64,000 bases of DNA from Patescibacteria group bacterium (lineage in GTDB: Bacteria > Patescibacteriota > Patescibacteriia > JBDRGY01): contig JBDRGY010000014.1 of the NCBI GenBank assembly GCA_043817315.1, positions 8,690 to 72,689 on the forward strand, given 5' to 3'. The notes beneath the pieces were generated by a model. That model was given only the letters and a program-made list of their open reading frames with translations, ran no database searches and was not told where the DNA came from. This document shows, one piece after another, positions 27,681-37,561 of this stretch (within the stretch, counting starts at the first letter, position 1; every line of letters begins with the position of its first letter). A program made the translations under genes and the position numbers.

Positions 27681-29966
27681 ATGTCAGAGGCAATTACTCA
27701 GATTAGGAAGAGGGACGGCAGAGTAGTCCCTTTTGATCAGAAGAAGGTCTACGAAGCAATTCGTAAGGCTACAATTGGAGTTGGAAAAGAAAATAAAAGC
27801 CAGGCCAAAAAACTGTCCAAACAAGTTACAGAGCTGATGAAAGAACGGTATCAGGGGGGGGTAATTCCCACCGTGGAAAATGTGCAGGATGTAGTTGAAG
27901 AGATATTGATCAAGAATGAACAAGTGCAGATGGCCCGGGCTTTTATTATTTATAGGCAGAAACACAAAGAAATCAGAGAAATGAAAGCCACTTTGGTAAC
28001 TGATGGTGAAAAAGTGTCAGCCACCTCTAATTCTCTAATTGTCTTGCGCAAAAGATATCTTAAAAAGGATGAAAACGGTAAGCCGACTGAAACCCCCGTA
28101 GATTTATTTAGAAGAGTAGCCAATAATATCGCTTTTGCTGATGAGATGTACAAGACTCTCTACAATCGTGATATAAATGTGGAAGAAACTGCTCGAGCCT
28201 TCTTTAAAATGATGGCCCACCTAGAATTTATGCCCAATTCGCCGACCCTAATGAATGCGGGTCGTGATTTGCAGCAGCTTTCCGCTTGTTTTGTATTACC
28301 GGTGGATGATTCCATAGAGGGAATATTTGAAACCATAAAAAATACAGCTTTAATACACCAATCAGGCGGGGGCACCGGCTTTTCCTTTTCCAGGCTGAGA
28401 CCCAGTGGTGATCGGGTAAAAAGCACCGGAGGTGTCGCCTCAGGACCGGTCTCCTTTATGAAAGTATTTAATTCGGCTACTGAAGCTATAAAGCAAGGAG
28501 GGACCAGAAGGGGAGCCAACATGGGAATACTGAAAGTAGAGCACCCCGATATTCTAGAATTTATTACATCCAAAGCTGACTGTAGCGAATTGAATAATTT
28601 TAACATCTCGGTAGCCCTGACTGACAAGTTTATGAAAGCCCTGGACAAAGATGAAGAGTACGAGCTGATCAATCCCTCCAACAAAGAGATAGCCGATAAA
28701 CTAAAAGCCTCCAAAGTTTTTGATCTAATAGTCGATGGAGCCTGGAAAAACGGTGATCCCGGAATCATTTTTTCCGATCGCATTAACCAGTTTAATCCCA
28801 CTCCGCAAGTAGGTGAGCTTGAATCTACCAATCCTTGCGGCGAACAGCCACTATTGCCTTTTGAATCCTGTAATTTGGGCTCAATCAATCTAGCCAAGAT
28901 GGTCTTGGGGGAAGAGATTGATTGGGAGAAATTAAGGAAGACTGTTCGCAAAGCCGTTCACTTCTTGGATAACGTCATCGATATGAGTCGTTTCCCTCTG
29001 GAAAAAATAGAAGAGATGGTGGAAAGAAATCGAAAGATCGGTCTGGGAGTGATGGGCTGGGCTGATATGCTAGTGCAGCTGGAAATACCTTACAATTCTG
29101 ACAAAGCCTTCAAAATTGCTGAGAAGGTCATGAAATTTATCGACGATACGGCCAAAGAGAAATCGTCTGAATTGGCTGAAGAGAGAGGAATCTTTCCCAA
29201 CTACCCTGGCAGTACTTATGACAAGAAGAAGGACGGGCGAAAAATGCGAAATGCCACAGTCACCACCATTGCCCCTACCGGTACTATTTCCATCATTTCC
29301 GGATGCAGCTCTGGGATTGAACCGTTCTTTGCCATTTCTTTTGTCAGGAAGAATTTATTGGACGAGGGAGATGAGCTGCTCGATGTTAATCCATATTTTG
29401 AGAGAGTAGCCAAGAAAGAAGGATTTTATTCGGAAGAATTGATGCGACGTATCGCTAAGAAGGGGACTATTCACGATTTCGAAGAGATACCAGAGAAATG
29501 GCGTAAAATATTTGTAACCGCTCATGACATTGCTCCTGAGGAACATGTTAAGATGCAAGCCGCTTTCCAAAAATATACGGATAATGCAGTTTCCAAAACC
29601 GTAAATTTTCCCCATGAAGCTACACCCGAAGATGTGCGCAAAGTTTATCTCCTGGCCTATAAATCAGGCTGTAAAGGAGTGACCATTTATCGAGACCGCA
29701 GTCGTGATTTGCAAGTATTAAACATTGAACATGGAGATGACAAGAAAGAGAAAGAAGCCCCGGTCCAGGTTCCTGAGGGAGATGAAGTGACTCTTGATGA
29801 GGTAGCTGTTCCTAAGGCACCGGACCTTAAAGTGAACAACAACAACCATGATCAGCCAATCGATGTTCATAAATTAAAAGTCTGCCCTGAATGCGGAACT
29901 GATCTGCAAATTGCAGAAGGTTGTATCACTTGCCCTTCTTGTGGTTATTCAGCTTGCAGTCTGTAA
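27681..29966 (+). CDS. nrdJ: Class II adenosylcobalamin-dependent ribonucleotide reductase with ATP-cone and C-terminal Zn ribbon
   Basis: [15 protein letters not shown] cone, [36 protein letters not shown] and CPECG..C..CGYS.C. No nrdB is adjacent, and the neighbouring genes are B12-related. Confidence 0.93.
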   Translation: MSEAITQIRKRDGRVVPFDQKKVYEAIRKATIGVGKENKSQAKKLSKQVTELMKERYQGGVIPTVENVQDVVEEILIKNEQVQMARAFIIYRQKHKEIREMKATLVTDGEKVSATSNSLIVLRKRYLKKDENGKPTETPVDLFRRVANNIAFADEMYKTLYNRDINVEETARAFFKMMAHLEFMPNSPTLMNAGRDLQQLSACFVLPVDDSIEGIFETIKNTALIHQSGGGTGFSFSRLRPSGDRVKSTGGVASGPVSFMKVFNSATEAIKQGGTRRGANMGILKVEHPDILEFITSKADCSELNNFNISVALTDKFMKALDKDEEYELINPSNKEIADKLKASKVFDLIVDGAWKNGDPGIIFSDRINQFNPTPQVGELESTNPCGEQPLLPFESCNLGSINLAKMVLGEEIDWEKLRKTVRKAVHFLDNVIDMSRFPLEKIEEMVERNRKIGLGVMGWADMLVQLEIPYNSDKAFKIAEKVMKFIDDTAKEKSSELAEERGIFPNYPGSTYDKKKDGRKMRNATVTTIAPTGTISIISGCSSGIEPFFAISFVRKNLLDEGDELLDVNPYFERVAKKEGFYSEELMRRIAKKGTIHDFEEIPEKWRKIFVTAHDIAPEEHVKMQAAFQKYTDNAVSKTVNFPHEATPEDVRKVYLLAYKSGCKGVTIYRDRSRDLQVLNIEHGDDKKEKEAPVQVPEGDEVTLDEVAVPKAPDLKVNNNNHDQPIDVHKLKVCPECGTDLQIAEGCITCPSCGYSACSL

Positions 29967-29977
29967 GTATCTTTAAT

Positions 29978-30493
29978 ATGAAAAAAGGTCTAGTCCACAT
30001 TTATACAGGAAACGGAAAAGGAAAGACTACAGCTGCCCTGGGCTTAGCCTTAAGGGCCCTGGGACATAAACAGAAAGTTTGCCTGATTCAGTTTATGAAG
30101 AAGGGTAGTTACGGCGAACTGCGCTCCTTGCAGAAGTTACAGGGGATTACAATAAGACAGTTCGGCACCTCTCAGTTGATCAAAAAGGGCAAAGTAACTG
30201 ATAGAGACAAGAAAGAAGCAGCCGCCGCCCTTAGGTTCGCTGCCAAAACCATCAGTCAAAAGTTTGACCTGGTGATCCTAGATGAAATAATTGTAGCTAT
30301 CCACTTTGGACTGATAGAAGAGCCAAAGGTACTTGAGCTAATTAAGGAAAAACCAAAAACCCTAGAGTTGGTCTTGACAGGACGTAAAGTTTCTGCTAAG
30401 ATAATATCTACCGCTGATTTAGTGACGGAAATGAAGGAAATCAAGCATTATTACCGCCAAGGAGTTACCGCCAGAAAGGGCATAGAATACTAG
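29978..30493 (+). CDS. cobO: Cob(I)alamin adenosyltransferase (CobA/CobO/BtuR family)
   Basis: YTGNGKGKTTAALGLALRALG, QFMK, LDEI, ELVLTGR and ADLVTEM..IKHY...G..ARKGIEY; ATG at 29978. Confidence 0.93.
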   Translation: MKKGLVHIYTGNGKGKTTAALGLALRALGHKQKVCLIQFMKKGSYGELRSLQKLQGITIRQFGTSQLIKKGKVTDRDKKEAAAALRFAAKTISQKFDLVILDEIIVAIHFGLIEEPKVLELIKEKPKTLELVLTGRKVSAKIISTADLVTEMKEIKHYYRQGVTARKGIEY

Positions 30494-30509
30494 CATCATT
30501 AACAAATAA

Positions 30510-30682
30510 GATAAGGGAAACCGGTGTATCCTGTCATTCGGCAGGAGAGTCCGGTGCGGTCCCGCCACTGTAATCTCGTCTCTTCCTGGGAGGGAAGGAG
30601 GAACCCATTAACCAGCAAGCCACTGTCCGCTCCAGGCGGATGGGAAGGCGGTTAAAGGGACGGGGAAGCCAGGACACCTAAG
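30510..30682 (+). ncRNA. Cobalamin (B12) riboswitch aptamer
   Basis: AGGGAA-CCGGTG...CCGG-TGCGGTCCCGCCACTGTAA, GCCACTG...TGGGAAGG and B12 box AAGCCAGGACACC. The 5' boundary is approximate. Confidence 0.9.
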
Positions 30683-30724
30683 TTTTTCTCTCTACCTTCG
30701 GTCGAAAGGTAAAGCAATTTAGAG

Positions 30725-30754
30725 ACCTTGCTTAAACCGAAGTAAGGTTTTTTT
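30725..30754 (+). terminator. Riboswitch expression-platform terminator
   Basis: ACCTTGCTT-AAACCG-AAGTAAGGT plus a T run. Alternative pairings CTTCGGT(30696)/ACCGAAG(30736) and AAGCAA/TTGCTT would disrupt it. Confidence 0.75.
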
Positions 30755-30768
30755 AAAGGATTAAAGAA

Positions 30769-31233
30769 ATGAAACACAATCTGAAATTTCTCTTTATCAC
30801 TGTCATTGTAGCTGCTGCTGGTTTGGCTGTTATCGGAGGAACCAGTATTCAGGTTAGCAATCAATTAGCAACACTGGTTGACGATGAAGTCGGCCCAATC
30901 GGGGCAGTTGCTGGAGCAGCTGTCAAGGGCCAAGCCAGCTTTATCATCAACTTTGGTGACAAGAGTCGCAGTTTCCAGTTTGAGGTGGATCAGAAAACAA
31001 CTGCCTATCAGTTATTACAAAGGGCCAGCATCAGAGAAAACCTGGTTTTAGAAACTGAAGAGTATAAGGATCTGGGCACAATCGTTGACGGCATCAGCGA
31101 TTACAAAGGCGGCCAAGATGACAATTACTGGATACTGTATGTCAATGGTAAAATGGCCCAAGCTGCTATTGATAAAACCATGGTCAACCCCGACGACAAA
31201 GTGGAACTACGATTTGAACCGAGTCCCTATTAA
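30769..31233 (+). CDS. Membrane-anchored DUF4430 (transcobalamin C-terminal-like) protein, putative cobamide-binding
   Basis: TTAYQLL, GTIVDGI, YWILYVNGKMAQAAID...DKVELRF; first gene under the B12 riboswitch. Confidence 0.8.
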   Translation: MKHNLKFLFITVIVAAAGLAVIGGTSIQVSNQLATLVDDEVGPIGAVAGAAVKGQASFIINFGDKSRSFQFEVDQKTTAYQLLQRASIRENLVLETEEYKDLGTIVDGISDYKGGQDDNYWILYVNGKMAQAAIDKTMVNPDDKVELRFEPSPY

Positions 31234-31250
31234 TATTTAAATCGGAGGAA

Positions 31251-31814
31251 ATGATAAATAAAAACAAGCTAATTTTTTCTATCGCCATCATTATCTTTGC
31301 GGTACTATCCCGCATTCTGTTGCGCGATATCCCCAACATAGAAACTATCACTATTACCGCCTTGCTGGCCGGTTCTATTTTAGGCGGAGCCTATGCAGTA
31401 GTAATTCCTCTATCGGCCATTGCCCTAACTGATATCTGGATCGGCAATAATTCTATTATGCTTTTTACTTGGTCGGCCTGGGCCCTAATCGGGCTGATTG
31501 GTTTGATAGCCAAGAAGGACAGAAAAGATTCTTTTAAATACGCTTTCAAATTAACCGGGCTGGGAATGGGTGCCTCGTTGCTTTTTTATTTATGGACCAA
31601 TTTCGGAGTCTGGCTAATGTGGCCCCAGATGTACCCCACTACTTTATCTGGTTTGGGCCAGTGTTATATCATGGGCTTACCATTTCTGAGATACAGCCTA
31701 ATCAGCAATCTTATTTTTATTCCGAGCGTTTCTTTTTGTCTGGTAGCCTGTTTCAAATGGCTGAAGGTTAGAAACAAACTGCCCGAATTAGTTAAATCTA
31801 AAAGAGATATCTAG
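31251..31814 (+). CDS. DUF6580-like / ECF S-component-like membrane protein, putative cobamide transporter
   Basis: SR...PNIETIT..ALLAG, LFYLWTNFGVW, YP.T..GL..CY.MGLPF; about 6 TM segments; under the B12 riboswitch. Confidence 0.72.
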   Translation: MINKNKLIFSIAIIIFAVLSRILLRDIPNIETITITALLAGSILGGAYAVVIPLSAIALTDIWIGNNSIMLFTWSAWALIGLIGLIAKKDRKDSFKYAFKLTGLGMGASLLFYLWTNFGVWLMWPQMYPTTLSGLGQCYIMGLPFLRYSLISNLIFIPSVSFCLVACFKWLKVRNKLPELVKSKRDI

Positions 31815-31816
31815 TT

Positions 31817-32986
31817 ATGCTAAAGAAGAGAGACAATAATAGTGTTTTAGTTTTAGCCCTGATAATCAGTTTTGTAGTAGGGGGGGTATCGGGAGGTGTT
31901 ATCGGATCTCTTACTTCAGGTGTTTTTACAGCCAATAATCAGACCACTACCTCGACCAACAAACAGGTAACTGTTCAAGAAAATTCAGCTACAATCGACG
32001 TAGTTAAAGCAGTTAGCCCCTCGGTGGTTAGTATTGTTATAAGTAAGGACCTGAGCGAAATTTATAGCTTAAATGATCCCTTTGGTTTTTACTACGGATA
32101 TGATATACCCCAAGGACAAACTGAAATAGGGGGAGGAACCGGCTTTATCATCAGTTCCGATGGATTAATCTTGACTAACAGGCATGTGATATCCGACACC
32201 GAGGCAGATTATACAGTGATTACCAACAGTGGGGATAGCTATGAGGCAACTGTTATTGGTACGGACCCTTTTAATGATATTGGAGTGGTTAAGATTGAAG
32301 CTCCCGGATTGGTTCCAGTTCAACTGGGGGATTCAAATGATATCCAGATCGGCCAAACAGTGATTGCCATAGGAAACGCCCTGGCTGAATATAGCAACAC
32401 AGTAACCCGGGGAGTGATTTCCGGTATTAACAGAACTATCACGGCAGGTGACGCCTCGGGCCAGTCTGAAGTTATAGAAGAAGCGATTCAGACTGATGCC
32501 GCTATCAATCCTGGTAATTCAGGCGGTCCTTTGCTTAACATAGAGGGTCAAGTGATTGGTATAAATACAGCCATTAATCAAGCAGGGGAGGCGGTTGGTT
32601 TTGCCATCCCTATCAACGTGGCCAAACCGGTAGTTACCAGTGTAGAACTGTACGGGAGAATCATCAGGCCGATGCTGGGAATTCGTTATCGAGTAATCAC
32701 TTCGGAATTAGCTGAGGCCAATGAATTGTCAGTAGATTACGGAGCCCTCCTAATAACTGGTGATAGCCCGGCCCAAGTAGCGGTTTTACCTGATAGCCCG
32801 GCAGACCTGGCCGGATTAAAAGAGGGTGATATCATTTTAGAGTTTAACGAGCAGCGGATTGACAGCGACAATACCATTGGTGATGAGATTGCCAAATATC
32901 AAGTAGACGAGCAGATAACCCTGAAAGTGCTACGAGATGGCCAGGAATTTGAAGTTAAAGTTACTTTGGCAGAATACGATTTCTAA
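31817..32986 (+). CDS. htrA: HtrA/DegP family serine protease with PDZ domain
   Basis: GTGFII..DGLILTNRHV and IQTDAAINPGNSGGPL, followed by a PDZ domain. Confidence 0.95.
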   Translation: MLKKRDNNSVLVLALIISFVVGGVSGGVIGSLTSGVFTANNQTTTSTNKQVTVQENSATIDVVKAVSPSVVSIVISKDLSEIYSLNDPFGFYYGYDIPQGQTEIGGGTGFIISSDGLILTNRHVISDTEADYTVITNSGDSYEATVIGTDPFNDIGVVKIEAPGLVPVQLGDSNDIQIGQTVIAIGNALAEYSNTVTRGVISGINRTITAGDASGQSEVIEEAIQTDAAINPGNSGGPLLNIEGQVIGINTAINQAGEAVGFAIPINVAKPVVTSVELYGRIIRPMLGIRYRVITSELAEANELSVDYGALLITGDSPAQVAVLPDSPADLAGLKEGDIILEFNEQRIDSDNTIGDEIAKYQVDEQITLKVLRDGQEFEVKVTLAEYDF

Positions 32987-33001
32987 CAGTCATTTTCTAT
33001 A

Positions 33002-33032
33002 AATAACCCGACCAGACAGTGGGGTTATTATT
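33002..33032. terminator. Hairpin after htrA
   Basis: AATAACCC...GGGTTATT inverted repeat. Confidence 0.5.
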
Positions 33033-33068
33033 ATTGTCAAACAGTCAAAAAGATGATAGTTTATAGGT

Positions 33069-34161
33069 ATGAAAGACCTGATAGAAAAAATTAAGGAGTT
33101 GCAGGAAAAAATCTCCAAATTACGGAGGTTACTTTGACCTTGCCAAGAAACAGACTGAACTGAAGGCTCTGGCTATAGAAATGAGCCAGCCTGATTTCTG
33201 GAATAACCCTCAGAAGGCCAAGTCAGTTTCCGAAAAGTTTAACCAGCTAGATGAGGAGGTCAACACTTGGAAAAAGATCGAGCAGGAAACAGATTCGTTG
33301 TTAGGGTTGGCTGAGACTTCGGAACAGGAAAGCGATGATTCGCTAAAAAAAGAGATTACCAGGAAATATCAAGAACTTAATAAGAAATTCAATGACTTAG
33401 AATTTCTTATTTTATTATCCGGCCCCTATGATTCTCATAACGTAATCATGGCTATTCATGCCGGGGCCGGCGGAGTCGATGCCCAGGATTGGGCAGAGAT
33501 GCTGCTGCGTATGTTTTTGCGTTTTGCCGAAAAGAAAAAATGGCCGGTTACTGTATTAGACAAATCTAGCGGTGCCGAGGCTGGTCTCAAATCAGTTTCC
33601 TTAGAAATTAAAGGTCATTACGCCTATGGTTTTCTAAGGAGTGAGGCAGGTGTCCATCGCCTGGTGCGCATCTCTCCCTTTGATGCTGAAAAGATGCGCC
33701 ACACCTCTTTTGCCCTGGTGGAGGTTCTGCCCGAGCTGGAAGAGGTTAATGAAGTTGAGATCAAGCCAGAAGATTTGCGGATAGATGTTTTTCGCTCTTC
33801 AGGACACGGCGGGCAAAGCGTCAACACCACAGATTCGGCTGTTCGCATAGTGCATTTGCCAACTGAGATTACCGTGGTTTGCCGCAACGAGCGCTCCCAG
33901 TCTCAAAACAAGGAAAACGCCATGAAGTATCTAAAAAGCAAGCTACATAAGTTTTATTCGGAAAAAAAGCAGCAGGAGAAGCAGAAAATCAGGGGCGACT
34001 ATCAATCTGCGGAGTGGGGGAGCCAAATTCGCTCTTACGTATTACATCCCTATAAAATGGTTAAAGATCACAGAACCAATCAGGAAACGTCCGATGTTAA
34101 CAAGGTGCTAGATGGCCAAATTGACGACTTTATGGAAGCTTACCTCAGAAAACAACAATAG
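33069..34161 (+). CDS. prfB: Peptide chain release factor 2 with programmed +1 frameshift
   Basis: ATG 33069 reads to CTT TGA C (33132-33138), with an internal SD GGAGGT just upstream. The +1 frame joins the 33181 ORF, which has SPF and GGQ motifs. Confidence 0.96.
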
Positions 34162-34250
34162 TGTAGACAGAAAACTGACAGATTATGGCCATTTTTTTTA
34201 CTAAAATTAGCGCAAATATTACATTATCATATTGTTGTGTAGAAAGAAGT

Positions 34251-34278
34251 TTGACAATTAACTTCAAAAAATTATAAT
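34251..34278 (+). promoter_or_regulatory. Promoter of the glmU-like/glmS operon
   Basis: TTGACA-16-TATAAT. Confidence 0.65.
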
Positions 34279-34294
34279 TAAAACAACGAAATAT

Positions 34295-35545
34295 ATGACT
34301 ATTTGCATCTTCGAAGATCAACAATATCAGAAACTTCTCCCACTTTGTTACGGAAGGCCGGTTTACGAGCTTAAAGTGGGGGCCTTTACTTTATTGGAAA
34401 GAATTCTTAACGTTTATCCCAAGGCTAAGTTTTCCCTGCAGAGCCGCCCCTATTTAGCCAACAGCTTAAAGCAACGCTACGGTGATTTATCCATTAATAA
34501 GCTGAGAAATGACGACTATCTATTTATTAACGGATCAATAATCGCTGATAGCAAGCTGCCCAACAAGGTAAAGGAAAAAGGGGCAAATTGTTGTTATCTC
34601 AAAGGCAAAGACCTAATAGCGGCCAGGCTGGACAAAGAAGCCGTTGCTAAGATTGACATGAAAAGAGATTTAGCAGAACAGTTACGGAAACTACCCAAAA
34701 AGAAAATTGCAATTAACAGAATAGAATATCTTTGGGATTTACTCGGCTGGCACCAACAGTTGCTGGCTGAAGATATTAATAACTTGCTCAAAGGCAAAAA
34801 ACCGGCCACCAGGTATCGGGAAGGGGTATTTGTTGTTAATTCCAAAAAAGTGTTCATTGATCGTAACTGTGATATCAAACCAGGTGCCGTCTTGGATGCG
34901 TCAGAGGGGCCCATCTATATCGAGGAGGGAGTGACCATCGGGGCCAATTCAGTATTAACCGGTCCGGTCTACATAGGCTATGATTCCATTATCAATCCTT
35001 TGGCCAGAATTGATCACCATACTTATATCGGACCACTTTGCAAAATCGGCGGAGAAGTTGGCAAGTCAATTATCCAGAGCTATTCCAATAAGCAGCATGA
35101 CGGACATTTGGGTCATGCCTATATTGGTTCCTGGTGTAACTTGGGAGCGGATAGTACAAACTCCGACATGAAAAACAATTACAGTTCGGTAAAAGTGTGG
35201 ACCAACGGCCAGATGCAAGATTCTAAACAAACCTTTGTGGGATTATTTATGGCTGACCACGGCAAATCAGGAATTGGCACCCTGTTTAATACCGGAACAG
35301 TGGTAGGATTCTCCAGCAACGTGGTGGGAGCTGCCGTAACTCCCAAAGCCGTTCCCTCTTTTGGCTGGATAAACCTAGAGGGCCAATCCCAAGAATATGA
35401 TTTAACTAAAGCGATAAAAACAGCAGAAGCAGCCATGAAAAGACGAAAGCAAAAGATGACACCGGCCCTGAGGAGGCTATTCAAAGAAATATTCCAGCTT
35501 TCCCAAGCCGAAAGGAAACAATTACTTCCTAAAATCAATAAGTAG
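34295..35545 (+). CDS. GlmU-like putative sugar nucleotidyl/acetyltransferase with hexapeptide repeats
   Basis: LLPLCYGRPVYELKVG, LDASEGPIYI, KIGGEV..S..SNKQHDGHLGH.YIG.WCNLGA; lies next to glmS. Confidence 0.85.
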   Translation: MTICIFEDQQYQKLLPLCYGRPVYELKVGAFTLLERILNVYPKAKFSLQSRPYLANSLKQRYGDLSINKLRNDDYLFINGSIIADSKLPNKVKEKGANCCYLKGKDLIAARLDKEAVAKIDMKRDLAEQLRKLPKKKIAINRIEYLWDLLGWHQQLLAEDINNLLKGKKPATRYREGVFVVNSKKVFIDRNCDIKPGAVLDASEGPIYIEEGVTIGANSVLTGPVYIGYDSIINPLARIDHHTYIGPLCKIGGEVGKSIIQSYSNKQHDGHLGHAYIGSWCNLGADSTNSDMKNNYSSVKVWTNGQMQDSKQTFVGLFMADHGKSGIGTLFNTGTVVGFSSNVVGAAVTPKAVPSFGWINLEGQSQEYDLTKAIKTAEAAMKRRKQKMTPALRRLFKEIFQLSQAERKQLLPKINK

Positions 35546-37432
35546 ATGTGCGGAATAATCGGTTACGTCGGTAACCAAAAAACATTACCAGTCTTAATCG
35601 AGGGGTTAAAACGACTAGAATATCGCGGCTACGATTCAGCCGGAGTAGCCTTAACTGATGCCGGCAATATTTTTATTACCAGGTCAGAGGGAAAGATAGC
35701 AGAATTGGAAAAGAAATTAGTAAACAAGGAACAAGACAGTGTTTCGGGCATTGCTCATACTCGTTGGGCCACTCATGGTATTCCTTCCGAAGCGAATGCC
35801 CATCCGCAAACCGATTGCCAAGAGGAAATCGCCGTGGTTCATAACGGCATCGTGGAAAACTACGAGGAATTAAAAACCGGATTAATCAAGAACGGGCACC
35901 AGTTTAATAGTGAAACAGATACAGAGGTGCTGGCTCATTTGATAGAGGAGGCTTATCAGGAAGGAGTTCCTCTGGAAAAAGCGGTAACCTGTGCCTTGGT
36001 GGGAGAATCGGGCCGTAGAGTAATCGGTACCTATGGCTTGGTGGTAACTTCAAAAAGGGAGCCGGGTAAACTGGTAGCGGCTCGTTTGGGCAGTCCCTTG
36101 GTTTTGGGCGTAGGACCAGATGGCAGCCATTTTATTGCCTCAGATATTTCGGCTTTTCTGGAACACACTGACCAGGTGGTTTATTTAGAAGATGGAGACA
36201 TCGTAGTCATAGAAGCGGATCGGCACAAAGTCATTCACCAGGAAAACGGATCTGCCCTAAGGTGCATCAATAAGATTGATTGGGACTTAGCTCAGATCCA
36301 AAAGGGCGGCTACGACCATTTTATGTTGAAAGAGATTATGGAACAGCCCGCCAGCATTGCCAGGACTATAACTGGCCGGTTATTGGGCAAGGAAGGTCGG
36401 GTTCGGCTGGGTGGAATTGAACGAGCCCAACAAAAAGAATATCAGAAAAAATTAATCAACCTGGAAAGTATAGACAAGATAGATCTTCTGGCTTGTGGCA
36501 CCTCTTGGCATGCCGGACTTATTGGCTCTTTTATATTTGAGAGGATGCTGGGAATCCCTTGTTCGGCCCAGTATGCTTCCGAATATCGTTATCGTCAGCC
36601 TGTGATTGATGATAAAACACTTGCTATAGCTATTTCTCAATCGGGCGAGACTACCGATACTCTAGAGGCCCTGAGGGAGGCCAAGAAAAAGGGGGCGGTT
36701 CCTTTTGGTATCGTCAATGTGGTTGGTTCCACTATTGCCCGGGAAACTGGTATCGGAATCTATACTCACGCCGGTCCGGAAATCGGGGTTGCCTCCACCA
36801 AAGCCTTCACCTCCCAGGTGGTTACTTTGCTATTACTGGCTTTGTATTGGGGCAGAAACAGAAACAACCTGACAGCTCATCGAGCCAAAGAAATTATTAA
36901 GGCTCTGCAGCAGTTACCAGACCAGGCAAAAAGTATTCTGGATAATCATCAAAAGGTTAAAGAGTTGGCTAAGAAATTTAAAGATTTTCATAACTTTCTT
37001 TACCTGGGGCGAGGCTATAACTATCCAACTGCTCTAGAAGGCGCTTTGAAATTAAAAGAGATTTCCTACATTCACGCTGAGGGTTATCCAGCGGCCGAGA
37101 TGAAACATGGTCCCATTGCCCTGATTGATCCCCGAATGCCGGTGGTTTTCATTGCCCCCAAAGACAACGAAGGCCCCACTTACGAAAAGATATTGAGCAA
37201 TATTGAAGAGGTTAAAGCCAGAAAAGGCACGGTGATTGCCGTAGCCACCGAGGGAGATAAATTAATCGCCGATAAAGTTGATGACGTCATTTACATCCCC
37301 AGTACTGAAGCGATGTTGACCCCAATTTTGGCAGTTATCCCTTTACAACTTTTAGCTTATTATATTGCCGTATCCAGGGGCTGTGATGTGGATCAGCCCA
37401 GGAATTTGGCTAAAAGTGTGACAGTGGAATAA
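35546..37432 (+). CDS. glmS: Glutamine--fructose-6-phosphate aminotransferase
   Basis: MCGIIGY, RGYDSAG, HTRWATHG, SQSGET, VASTKAF and QPRNLAKSVTVE. Confidence 0.98.
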   Translation: MCGIIGYVGNQKTLPVLIEGLKRLEYRGYDSAGVALTDAGNIFITRSEGKIAELEKKLVNKEQDSVSGIAHTRWATHGIPSEANAHPQTDCQEEIAVVHNGIVENYEELKTGLIKNGHQFNSETDTEVLAHLIEEAYQEGVPLEKAVTCALVGESGRRVIGTYGLVVTSKREPGKLVAARLGSPLVLGVGPDGSHFIASDISAFLEHTDQVVYLEDGDIVVIEADRHKVIHQENGSALRCINKIDWDLAQIQKGGYDHFMLKEIMEQPASIARTITGRLLGKEGRVRLGGIERAQQKEYQKKLINLESIDKIDLLACGTSWHAGLIGSFIFERMLGIPCSAQYASEYRYRQPVIDDKTLAIAISQSGETTDTLEALREAKKKGAVPFGIVNVVGSTIARETGIGIYTHAGPEIGVASTKAFTSQVVTLLLLALYWGRNRNNLTAHRAKEIIKALQQLPDQAKSILDNHQKVKELAKKFKDFHNFLYLGRGYNYPTALEGALKLKEISYIHAEGYPAAEMKHGPIALIDPRMPVVFIAPKDNEGPTYEKILSNIEEVKARKGTVIAVATEGDKLIADKVDDVIYIPSTEAMLTPILAVIPLQLLAYYIAVSRGCDVDQPRNLAKSVTVE

Positions 37433-37456
37433 AAAATAATTTTCTATTGCCTGACA

Positions 37457-37478
37457 GAACCCCATTTAGGGGTTTTTT
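37457..37478 (+). terminator. Intrinsic terminator after glmS
   Basis: AACCCC-ATTTA-GGGGTT followed by Ts. Confidence 0.65.
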
Positions 37479-37561
37479 GGTTAATTATTGACAAATTAGC
37501 AATAAGAGTTAAGATATTAAACCCACCAGTTAGAATTGGGCATCCAAAAAGGAGGTGTACC

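Noticed and set aside
28160-28951. 263-aa minus-strand ORF
   Set aside because: Antisense shadow of nrdJ with no recognisable motif.
27681-29966. Intein or intron in nrdJ
   Set aside because: Length and motif order are continuous, with no splicing motifs.
34162-35546. glmS ribozyme
   Set aside because: glmS directly abuts the upstream gene, and the short AT-rich region before the operon shows no ribozyme-like core.
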